Source: a virus
Reading direction: 5' to 3' (one strand)
DNA length: 64,000 bases
Virus record (IMG/VR): IMGVR_UViG_3300044615_000494
Each line of letters opens with the position of its first letter. Position 1 is the stretch's first letter. The position numbers and the translations under genes were made by a program. Of this stretch, positions 20,193 to 27,231 are shown one piece after another. The notes beneath the pieces are model-generated. The model worked only from the letters and a program-made list of their open reading frames with translations, was not told the origin of the DNA and searched no databases.

Positions 20193-20312
20193 ATGAATAC
20201 TTTACTACTCATATCTAAACATTGGTGTTCCTTACAGATTAGTAAGATGAATGCCTATGCCTTTGGATACGAGACACCACGCAACCAAAGAGATCATGAG
20301 GTGCCCGGGTGA
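20193..20312 (+). CDS. putative 39-aa leader peptide
   Basis: MNTLLLISKHWC...HEVPG*; its stop abuts a CCCGGG segment complementary to the downstream terminator stem. Confidence 0.4.
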   Translation: MNTLLLISKHWCSLQISKMNAYAFGYETPRNQRDHEVPG

Positions 20313-20341
20313 TGTAAGTTGTTGATTTATAACGAATTTAT

Positions 20342-20376
20342 GTCCCGGGCCTAAAAAACCCGGGATTTTTGTTTTT
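20342..20376 (+). terminator. intrinsic terminator, possibly an attenuator
   Basis: GTCCCGGG-cctaaaaaa-CCCGGGAT stem followed by TTTTTGTTTTT. Confidence 0.75.
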
Positions 20377-20381
20377 GAGGC

Positions 20382-20410
20382 TTGACATTTGGTTTTAGAG
20401 GGTGCATAAT
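20382..20410 (+). promoter_or_regulatory. sigma70-type promoter heading the tRNA region
   Basis: TTGACA-17 nt-CATAAT. Confidence 0.75.
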
Positions 20411-20502
20411 ACATTCTGTGTTGATAATTTAAGGAGACACAGATTAGTAAAAGTTTTAAACAAGGCTTGACACGCACATGAATTTGTGCGATGATAGCAG
20501 AC

Positions 20503-20737
20503 TAGTGTGAAATTGAGGGAACGAGGTCCTCACAGCGCACTTTAAACATGCTGTAAACGGGCGGACAGTATACATGAAAGGGTTGGCGATAACTTCCCGA
20601 GTAAGACTACTGACTAGGGCATGACCCTAGTATAGCAAAGGAAACTTTGCTATTCTATAAGCACATTCGTTAATGCCATCAGGCTCTGCAACTCGCTTGG
20701 GTACTCCGTGTTAATTTTGAATGTGCTTATAGAATAG
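20503..20737 (+). ncRNA. structured ncRNA candidate A
   Basis: No ORF; ACTAGGG/CCCTAGT, ATAGCAAAG-GAAA-CTTTGCTAT, and a perfect 19-bp stem 20650-20668/20719-20737. Confidence 0.5.
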
Positions 20738-20750
20738 TAAATAGTTCGTT

Positions 20751-20826
20751 GCCCATCTAGCTCAGTTGGTAGAGCACCTGATTAGTAATCAGGATGTCGG
20801 CGGTTCGATCCCGTCGATGGGCACCA
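20751..20826 (+). tRNA. trnT: tRNA-Thr(AGT)
   Basis: Cloverleaf, CCTGA-TTAGTAA-TCAGG anticodon arm, TTCGA, CCA. Confidence 0.92.
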
Positions 20827-20839
20827 AAGTAAAGATTAT

Positions 20840-20915
20840 TGGCCTATAGCTCAGTCGGTAGAGCATTTGACTGTTAATCAAAGTGTCCCTGGTTCGAGCC
20901 CAGGTAGGCCAGCCA
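20840..20915 (+). tRNA. trnN: tRNA-Asn(GTT)
   Basis: TTTGA-CTGTTAA-TCAAA arm, CCA. Confidence 0.95.
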
Positions 20916-20996
20916 ATATTCTGTAGGTAAGATATGTTGAATAGGACATATCACGGTAGTTCGCGGTGTGTGGGGCGACTATCTCTTTTTAATTTT

Positions 20997-21072
20997 GCTC
21001 GGTTCGTCTAGAGGCCTAGGACGCCGCCCTTTCACGGCAGTAACACGGGTTCGAATCCCGTACCGAGTACCA
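20997..21072 (+). tRNA. trnE: tRNA-Glu(TTC)
   Basis: CTTTCAC loop, GGTTCGAATCC, CCA. Confidence 0.95.
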
Positions 21073-21076
21073 GTTT

Positions 21077-21153
21077 GGGTCTATCGTATAATGGCATATT
21101 ATATCTGGCTCTTAACCAGAAAGATGCAGGTTCAAGTCCTGCTAGGCCCACCA
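21077..21153 (+). tRNA. trnK: tRNA-Lys(CTT)
   Basis: TCTGG-CTCTTAA-CCAGA arm, CCA. Confidence 0.92.
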
Positions 21154-21162
21154 AACCTCGGT

Positions 21163-21236
21163 TGAGGGATCATCCAATGGTAGGATAGCGGACTTTGACT
21201 CCGTTCATCTTGGTTCGAATCCAAGTCCCTCAGCCA
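21163..21236 (+). tRNA. trnQ: tRNA-Gln(TTG)
   Basis: CTTTGAC loop, U1-A72 pair, GCCA end. Confidence 0.93.
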
Positions 21237-21436
21237 GATTATATCATCCTGTCCTTTGATGTAGTAGGGAATGATTATACGGTAAAACATCAGTACAGAG
21301 TGCGAGGTTGTCTGTTGGTAGCATGAATATACTATGAGGTGAACAGAATAGTCTATGTTGCGCGGGGGCATAGATGAGATCAAACTCTATTGTTGTTTAC
21401 GGTGGAGTTAGCCCGCGCCTTAACTAAATATTCTCT

Positions 21437-22036
21437 ATGAACAATTACTTTTTTAAAATAGCAAAATTTGATATCGATGAAACTCTGTTATACAACGAGT
21501 GGTTCCACGTAGCCAACAAATACGATGCGTTTAACAGGACTAAAAAGTTTATAGAAGATATCAATGGGGTAAAAGGTTACAAGACCTATCATAGGTTGCG
21601 AATCAACTATCCCGATAATATGAGTAGTGATATGGATCCAGTTATGATACAAGGGTATAACACTGAAGTAGAGGCTACTGGATATAGCATCGATAATATC
21701 ATTGATGATTTTAAAGGTTCGTATACTGAAAAGATTGCTAGACAAGTGCATGATTTCTTGCTTGAAAAATATCCGGCATATATCGTCACTAATATCAAGT
21801 ATCATTCGATATCACCCAAATCATCAATGACGTTGCATATTGATGATAGCACTAGACCTAGATTTTTTCTTTCTGCTAGCGTACCCGAAGGTTGTTTCAT
21901 GCAAATAAACAATGAGAAGATTCCTATGCATGAGACCGGCGCATTGTACAGAATGATATGCAAAGTGCTACATAATCCATTAAATGAAAGTGATGGTTAT
22001 CGTGTTTCTATGGTTTTTGATATAGCACATAAGTAA
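21437..22036 (+). CDS. aspartyl/asparaginyl beta-hydroxylase-like 2OG-Fe(II) protein
   Basis: HxD (LHIDD) and distal H..LN..R motif; TAAATA 6 nt upstream. Confidence 0.6.
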   Translation: MNNYFFKIAKFDIDETLLYNEWFHVANKYDAFNRTKKFIEDINGVKGYKTYHRLRINYPDNMSSDMDPVMIQGYNTEVEATGYSIDNIIDDFKGSYTEKIARQVHDFLLEKYPAYIVTNIKYHSISPKSSMTLHIDDSTRPRFFLSASVPEGCFMQINNEKIPMHETGALYRMICKVLHNPLNESDGYRVSMVFDIAHK

Positions 22037-22052
22037 GTGCTAAATAAGTTTT

Positions 22053-22212
22053 GTGAGAGTCCGAAAGCAAAGAGTTTAACCAACTACCTGGCTATCAAGG
22101 ATGTATCCGACCTTTTGTTATATTCGATCCCGGTTATTAGGGTGTGCTGTGGTGGCACTGGAAACAAAAGGGGGCATATCTAGCCCTTAAACGGACGATA
22201 GCACCCTCACCC
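22053..22212 (+). ncRNA. structured ncRNA candidate B
   Basis: Closing GTGAG/CTCAC, GTCCG/CGGAC, 9-bp CCTTTTGTT/AACAAAAGG; begins 6 nt after TAAATA. Confidence 0.45.
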
Positions 22213-22221
22213 CGAATTAAC

Positions 22222-22297
22222 GGGCCTGTAGCTCAGTTGGGAGAGCGCCAGCTTTGCAAGCTGGATGTCGCAAGTTCGATCCTTGTCAGGTCCACCA
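22222..22297 (+). tRNA. trnA: tRNA-Ala(TGC)
   Basis: CCAGC-TTTGCAA-GCTGG arm, G3:U70 pair, CCA. Confidence 0.95.
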
Positions 22298-22316
22298 GAT
22301 TTTAAGTGAGTTTAAA

Positions 22317-22751
22317 TTGTTGCATCTTATAAATGATTTCACAGATAAGTTTTTCAGTTTCTTGTTAGAAGATCCTGTGAGACCAAATATTCCTCAAGTT
22401 GACCGTATAGGCAACAACAAGGATATCTTTGTCATGCGTGATGAAGATGATAAGGCACAAGCGATAACCTGTGTGAGTTATCAAAAATCTGTTCCTACTA
22501 GTGAGGCTGATCTTTTTGAAATGTGTGAAGAACCCGAGATCGCGGTTTTTTATACGATTTGGAGTTATAAAGCCGGAGCCGGTAGACAATTGATATTTGA
22601 TGCCGCACAGTATATCAAAGAAAACAGACCTGAGATCAAACGTTTTGTCACATTAAGTCCTAAGACTGAAATGGCTAAAAGGTTTCATCTTAAGAACGGT
22701 GCTTTAGTATTCAGAGAAAATACAGACACCGTTAACTATGAATATCTATAA
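22317..22751 (+). CDS. hypothetical protein, GNAT-like fold possible
   Basis: EDPVRP...AVFYTIWSYKAGAGRQLI...TLSPKTEMAKRFHLKNGA; TTG start chosen because the tracked start lies inside tRNA-Ala. Confidence 0.65.
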   Translation: MLHLINDFTDKFFSFLLEDPVRPNIPQVDRIGNNKDIFVMRDEDDKAQAITCVSYQKSVPTSEADLFEMCEEPEIAVFYTIWSYKAGAGRQLIFDAAQYIKENRPEIKRFVTLSPKTEMAKRFHLKNGALVFRENTDTVNYEYL

Positions 22752-22755
22752 ATGT

Positions 22756-22830
22756 CGCAGAGTGGAGAAGGGGTATCTCGTCAGGCTCATAACCTGAAGG
22801 TCGGTGGTTCGATTCCATCCTCTGCAACCA
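22756..22830 (+). tRNA. trnfM: initiator-type tRNA-fMet(CAT)
   Basis: C1:A72 mismatch, A11-U24 pair, CTCATAA loop, CCA. Confidence 0.88.
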
Positions 22831-22856
22831 ATAACTGTTGTTAAAATACAACAGGC

Positions 22857-22885
22857 TTGACAACGGGACATTTCGGCACTATAAT
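22857..22885 (+). promoter_or_regulatory. sigma70 promoter with adjacent TGTTGT-N6-ACAACA palindrome (22836-22853)
   Basis: TTGACA-17-TATAAT, perfect consensus. Confidence 0.85.
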
Positions 22886-22940
22886 ACATGTATTGATGCT
22901 GAAAAAGCGTCCCGTTCTTTAAAATACACGATTTTTTTAT

Positions 22941-23016
22941 ATACCGGTAGCTCAACTGGCAGAGTAGCGGTCTCCAAAACCGCAGGTTGGGGGTTCGATT
23001 CCCTCCCGGTATGCCA
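22941..23016 (+). tRNA. trnW: tRNA-Trp(CCA)
   Basis: GCGGT-CTCCAAA-ACCGC arm, GCCA. Confidence 0.95.
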
Positions 23017-23022
23017 AATTAT

Positions 23023-23100
23023 GTGTCGGTGGCAGAGCGGCCCATTGCAACGGATTGCAAATCCGTAAAACCGTCAGTTCAAATCTGACCCGACACTCCA
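23023..23100 (+). tRNA. trnC: tRNA-Cys(GCA)
   Basis: ACGGA-TTGCAAA-TCCGT arm, U73 CCA. Confidence 0.93.
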
Positions 23101-23627
23101 AGTTTCATCGGAAAATGGCTGTGACCACCATAACCAGCCCAGTGCTTTTGTACGGCGCAATTCTAGACAAGCCAGAGAGAGCAAACGATAGCAGGGAGAT
23201 TGCTATCCATAACGATGAGCCCTACGTTCCGGGTGTCTCCGGATAGTGTGACCCACACGATGAGAAGTAGTGTGACAACTACGGGTGGTAGTCTTTAAAC
23301 CAAAAGGCCGCTGGCAGTGCGAGAACGGTCCCTGTCGGGAAGCGGGTGGAAGGAGTGTGTGATGGGTATGATAGCGTCATATCTTGATACTCTATAATTA
23401 CCGCCGGGGGACGCAGAGCATTTTAAAATATATTAAGGGTTACCTGATCCGTTAGGTACTTTAAGAGAGGAGCACAGGGGCCGCCCTACGCAATCTTAGA
23501 GTACAGGAAGCGTATGAGTACATTGTACCGAACGTGACGGGCAGTTAGGCAGTAATGACGAAACTGAAAATATGAGAGACGGTCTCATATAGCAAGTCTA
23601 GTTCCCTTAGTGTATTTTAAAATGCTA
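23101..23627 (+). ncRNA. large ornate structured ncRNA candidate C (GOLLD/ROOL-like setting)
   Basis: ~525 nt GC-rich non-coding gap with more than 10 helices and a 22-bp closing stem containing G.U pairs. Confidence 0.65.
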
Positions 23628-23639
23628 AATTAAATATGC

Positions 23640-23724
23640 GGAGATGAAGCATCAATGGTGATGCAGTGGACTGTAAATCCGCCGCCTTCGGGCACGACTG
23701 GTTCGATCCCAGTAATCTCCACCA
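23640..23724 (+). tRNA. trnY: tRNA-Tyr(GTA)
   Basis: CTGTAAA loop, long variable arm with TTCG loop, ACCA. Confidence 0.92.
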
Positions 23725-23731
23725 AATATTA

Positions 23732-23808
23732 GCCTCAATAGCTCAGTTGGTTAGAGCATCGTCTTGATAAGGCGGGGGTCCATAGTTCGAATCTATGTTG
23801 AGGCACCA
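23732..23808 (+). tRNA. trnI: tRNA-Ile(GAT)
   Basis: TTGATAA loop, CCA. Confidence 0.93.
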
Positions 23809-23811
23809 ATT

Positions 23812-23887
23812 GGCAGTGTAGCATAGCGGTTAATGCGCTTCCTTCATACGGAATAGATCGTGTGTTCGAATCACACCACTGCTACCA
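23812..23887 (+). tRNA. trnM: tRNA-Met(CAT), probably elongator
   Basis: TTCATAC loop, paired position 1-72, CCA. Confidence 0.8.
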
Positions 23888-23889
23888 AT

Positions 23890-23966
23890 GGTGGCTGTCG
23901 TCAAGCGGTTAAGACCATGGATTGTGATTCCATTATACGTGGGTTCGATTCCCACCAGTCACCCCA
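23890..23966 (+). tRNA. trnH: tRNA-His(GTG)
   Basis: Encoded G-1 opposite C73, TTGTGAT loop. Confidence 0.95.
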
Positions 23967-23970
23967 AATT

Positions 23971-24046
23971 GCCATAGTAGCTCAGTTGGTAGAGCAACGG
24001 ATTGAAAATCCGTGTGTCGTTGGTTCGATTCCAACCTTTGGCACCA
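23971..24046 (+). tRNA. trnF: tRNA-Phe(GAA)
   Basis: ACGGA-TTGAAAA-TCCGT arm, CCA. Confidence 0.95.
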
Positions 24047-24051
24047 AAAGG

Positions 24052-24080
24052 TTGACAAATAGATTCTTTGATAGTATAAT
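24052..24080 (+). promoter_or_regulatory. sigma70 promoter
   Basis: TTGACA-17-TATAAT. Confidence 0.85.
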
Positions 24081-24090
24081 TAAAGCATAA

Positions 24091-24182
24091 GGAGAGGTGC
24101 CCGAGAGGCCGAAGGGAGCGGTTTGCTAAACCGTCGAACGTAGAAATATGTTCCGTGGGTTCGAATCCCACTCTCTCCACCA
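24091..24182 (+). tRNA. trnS: tRNA-Ser(GCT)
   Basis: TTGCTAA loop, long variable arm, CCA. Confidence 0.93.
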
Positions 24183-24392
24183 GACCCCGGTTTACACTTT
24201 TACGTTATATAAAGTGGGTGATTGTCGCAACCATACAGACACGGTGAGATCATTATCGACCGCAAGGCCTGATTTTACGGGCGACTTGAGACACATGATC
24301 GGGCAGAAGTGAAACTGACCTAGATGCAAATATCAACGGACAGGGTAACAACTCAGTTTGGGGCAGAACAGGGAACTGTAGCCAAACACTTT
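24183..24392 (+). ncRNA. structured ncRNA candidate D
   Basis: 210 nt non-coding spacer with CACTTT/AAAGTG, CGGT/ACCG, GCCTG/CGGGC, GTTTGG/CCAAAC helices. Confidence 0.4.
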
Positions 24393-24400
24393 AGAATTTT

Positions 24401-24477
24401 GGCCCGTTAGATCAGTTGGTTAGATCGCATGCCTGTCACGCATGAGGCCAGGGGTTCAAGTCCCCTACGGGTCGCCA
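24401..24477 (+). tRNA. trnD: tRNA-Asp(GTC)
   Basis: CATGC-CTGTCAC-GCATG arm, GCCA. Confidence 0.95.
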
Positions 24478-24484
24478 TATTTTT

Positions 24485-24561
24485 GCGTCTTTAGTTCAGT
24501 GGATCAGAATGCAACGCTACGAACGTTGAGGTCGGAGGTTCGAGTCCTTCAAGGCGCGCCA
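24485..24561 (+). tRNA. trnR: tRNA-Arg(ACG)
   Basis: CAACG-CTACGAA-CGTTG arm, GCCA. Confidence 0.95.
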
Positions 24562-26035
24562 GCCAATCATCTATTTGATTTGCTATCTTATGAATCGTGT
24601 TCCTGCTGTATTTTCTCAATGCAGGTAAATCATTTATAGGAGTTCTATTGATAGGGTGTGTGCTATCATCATTATCTTCATCAGGCATGTACATTATAGT
24701 CAGGTTAGGATTATTGATATGTTTCTGCCAAGCATGATATAGATAATCATAACGCACATCCTTCTTGAATACATCTGAGTATTTTGGTAACAGTATCAAC
24801 GCCTTTCGCTGTGTATCTGATAAACGGTTCACGAAATGTGTGATGACGTTATCAAAATATTCTTTAGTGTGATTCTTTTCAAGAGACCAATACATGCTAT
24901 AATCGAAAATAAATTCGATGTACGAAGCGAACACAATGATCTTGGGTAATTTCTCAAAATTATACTGTGAGTGATATAATTTATCAGTGCGAAACAAATC
25001 TTCTAGTGGTATATTGTAATAGATTTGATCCATATATCTGCTATATGCGGCGTATGCAGGTCCTAAACAATGCATCAAGAACGCGATAGATGGTTCTTTA
25101 ACTGAAAGATTTTCTTGACCTCTGATGAAGTTTTCTAAAGAGGAATATTCATGTACGTTGATATAATCGATATCAGCATGATCTATACAATTGCTACCCA
25201 ATAACATTTTGTATTTGGATTTCAACAATTGCATACATCGTTGTTCAATATTCATGTTCATGACTCTGCAACTAAAAACAAAATTAGTTATAGTGGCTGC
25301 GTTTAATAATGAATCACCTTTAGTTTGTATTGAGATATAACCGATCAAACCATAATAACCATACTTGTCCCATGCGAATACAGCATAACTTTTTATGTCG
25401 TTTCTGAGGATATAATCTGATACTGTGTTTTTAGCAAAGCGACTATTGGTATAGTTAAGTTGATTGGATTTATTGACTAGTTCTTCTACTCTTTCTTGAT
25501 ATAACAAACAATCATGATTCTCTGCTATCGCTATATTGATATCAGAATCTTTTAAAAATTCAATATTAGAATCATAAGATTTTCTGATATCTTTCTTTGT
25601 TTCTAATATTCTATATTGTTTTGTTTTAGTATTATTTTGGGGTATGGCAAACTCATCTATGAATTTGTATGGGTCATTGTACGTAACTATGCCTGGACAA
25701 TAATATGTTGCTTCATTGAGGTTTATCATATTATCATCGATGAATACAACATCATCCGAACGTAACTGACAATCAGATATAATTTGATTTATCCTGTTAC
25801 CTTTCGGTAGTAGATTGATGCTTGGGAAAACAAAGAGTTCCCAAATATCTAGACTCTGTAGTTTTTTCTTGATACGATCATGATCGTTTTTAGAACAGAT
25901 AGAATGTATGATACCATTCTTTTCTGTGTTTTTTATAAATTCGATGATGTCTTGATTCGGCGAAGTATCGCCGCCTTCAGTGATACTACCACTCCATAGT
26001 ACACCATCAAGATCCCAGATAACAAGTTTAACCAT
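24491..26035 (-). CDS. FkbH-like protein (HAD-IIIC phosphatase plus GNAT-like domain)
   Basis: IWDLDGVLW, SICSKND, VFIDDN..NL, DKYGYYGLIG, FSCRVMN. Confidence 0.85.
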   Translation of the reverse strand: MVKLVIWDLDGVLWSGSITEGGDTSPNQDIIEFIKNTEKNGIIHSICSKNDHDRIKKKLQSLDIWELFVFPSINLLPKGNRINQIISDCQLRSDDVVFIDDNMINLNEATYYCPGIVTYNDPYKFIDEFAIPQNNTKTKQYRILETKKDIRKSYDSNIEFLKDSDINIAIAENHDCLLYQERVEELVNKSNQLNYTNSRFAKNTVSDYILRNDIKSYAVFAWDKYGYYGLIGYISIQTKGDSLLNAATITNFVFSCRVMNMNIEQRCMQLLKSKYKMLLGSNCIDHADIDYINVHEYSSLENFIRGQENLSVKEPSIAFLMHCLGPAYAAYSRYMDQIYYNIPLEDLFRTDKLYHSQYNFEKLPKIIVFASYIEFIFDYSMYWSLEKNHTKEYFDNVITHFVNRLSDTQRKALILLPKYSDVFKKDVRYDYLYHAWQKHINNPNLTIMYMPDEDNDDSTHPINRTPINDLPALRKYSRNTIHKIANQIDDWLARLEGLEPPTSTFVALHSDPLN

Positions 26036-26051
26036 ACAGATATTTAGTTAA

Positions 26052-26128
26052 GCCCAGGTGATGGAACAGGTATACGTGTCTGACTCAAAATCAGAATTTT
26101 GTGGGTTCGAATCCCACCTTGGGCACCA
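26052..26128 (+). tRNA. trnL: tRNA-Leu(CAA), short variable loop
   Basis: TCTGA-CTCAAAA-TCAGA arm; 77 nt; A73 CCA. Confidence 0.9.
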
Positions 26129-26132
26129 ATAT

Positions 26133-26207
26133 TGGGGATTCGCCAAGCGGTAAGGCATCGGATTTTGATTCCGACATTCCCAGGTTCGATCCCTGGATCC
26201 CCAGCCA
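26133..26207 (+). tRNA. trnQ: tRNA-Gln(TTG), second copy
   Basis: TCGGA-TTTTGAT-TCCGA arm, GCCA. Confidence 0.95.
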
Positions 26208-26213
26208 AATAGT

Positions 26214-26242
26214 TTGACAAGTTCCGATGAAACAGTTATAAT
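26214..26242 (+). promoter_or_regulatory. sigma70 promoter
   Basis: TTGACA-17-TATAAT. Confidence 0.85.
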
Positions 26243-26275
26243 TTTAATAGAATGATTGTACATTTGACAGATTAC

Positions 26276-26351
26276 GGGACGTTAGCTCAGTTGGTAGAGC
26301 AGTAGACTTTTAATCTATTGGTCACAGGTTCAAATCCTGTACGTCCTACCA
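26276..26351 (+). tRNA. trnK: tRNA-Lys(TTT)
   Basis: CTTTTAA loop, CCA. Confidence 0.95.
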
Positions 26352-26371
26352 TTTTCAGGATAAATAAAAAT

Positions 26372-27136
26372 ATGAGTAAGTTGTTGATCACAAGCGGATG
26401 TAGTTTTAGTGAATGTCTATCGTCAAGTATCGATACTTGGCCTCGACATCTCACACGTAAATTAGAATCGCATGGTTACGATAAGCATATCAGTTGTGCT
26501 ATGGGCAGTCAAGGTAATGGATTGATTAGTCGTGGACCAATGTATGAAGTGACCAAAGCACTGAAGACTCATAAGCCAGAAGACATTCTTGTCGGCATTA
26601 TGTGGAGCCACAGCAATCGATTTGATTATCGTTGTGAAGACCCTACCGTATTGAGTTGGGGTCATGAGAACAAGCATCATTGGATGGTGAATCCACGATC
26701 ATTTGTAGATGGAGCACCCAATAATTGGGTGATCGGTAATCTACATTGGGATAGTATAGAATTCTCAACTCATTTGAAGTATTATCATAGTCATATCGGT
26801 TCATCAATATTGAGCCTTGAGCATATATTGCGCACTCAATATTTTTTGAAGTTGAAGAAAGTTCCATATTTCTTTACAGATTTTATAGACTATAATATAG
26901 TTGAGAAAGCATTCTTACATGAACCAGAATTGACTTATCTCATGGATGAATTAGACAAAGATCAGTATTTACCCGTAACGAGCGAACACGGTTGGTTGAT
27001 AGAAAATAGCATGACTAAGGAAGAATATCTTAAAGAACATAATGGTTGGCAGTGGATTCATCCTAAGACCCATCATCATAAAGAATTCGTAGATAGAGTT
27101 ATCTATCCTTGGTTGCAGGATAAAAAGTATATATGA
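26372..27136 (+). CDS. SGNH-like hypothetical protein
   Basis: LITSGCSFSE...AMGSQGN...IHP..HH; start re-assigned out of the tRNA. Confidence 0.7.
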   Translation: MSKLLITSGCSFSECLSSSIDTWPRHLTRKLESHGYDKHISCAMGSQGNGLISRGPMYEVTKALKTHKPEDILVGIMWSHSNRFDYRCEDPTVLSWGHENKHHWMVNPRSFVDGAPNNWVIGNLHWDSIEFSTHLKYYHSHIGSSILSLEHILRTQYFLKLKKVPYFFTDFIDYNIVEKAFLHEPELTYLMDELDKDQYLPVTSEHGWLIENSMTKEEYLKEHNGWQWIHPKTHHHKEFVDRVIYPWLQDKKYI

Positions 27137-27141
27137 TTTTT

Positions 27142-27217
27142 CTGCCCGTAGTTCAGGGGATAGAACAACAGCCTTCTAAGCTGTGGGTCGCAGGTTCGAA
27201 TCCTGCCGGGCAGGCCA
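27142..27217 (+). tRNA. trnR: tRNA-Arg(TCT)
   Basis: ACAGC-CTTCTAA-GCTGT arm, GCCA. Confidence 0.95.
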
Positions 27218-27231
27218 TAAAGTGAGGACTA

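Noticed and set aside
20467-20495. Second promoter TTGACA-17-GATGAT with CGCACA/TGTGCG inverted repeat in the spacer
   Set aside because: The -10 element is poor; plausible but too weak to list as a feature
21360-21418. Selenocysteine or other additional tRNA
   Set aside because: No T-loop consensus, anticodon arm or CCA; kept only as a hairpin element
23101-23627. RNase P RNA, tmRNA, SRP RNA, group I intron or hammerhead identity for the large ncRNA
   Set aside because: No GAGGAAAGUCC, no tRNA-like T-arm/CCA end, no SRP loop, no group I R/S elements and no CUGAUGA core were found
20968-24639. Tracked ORFs overlapping tRNAs/ncRNA (20968, 21132, 22746, 22838, 23055, 23860, 23959, 24442)
   Set aside because: They are translations of tRNA or structured RNA sequence with no SD or protein-like composition
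26048-26263. Minus-strand ORFs over tRNA-Leu/Gln (also 29301-29660, 37709-37891, 41556-41768)
   Set aside because: They coincide with tRNA genes and read like typical antisense-tRNA translations
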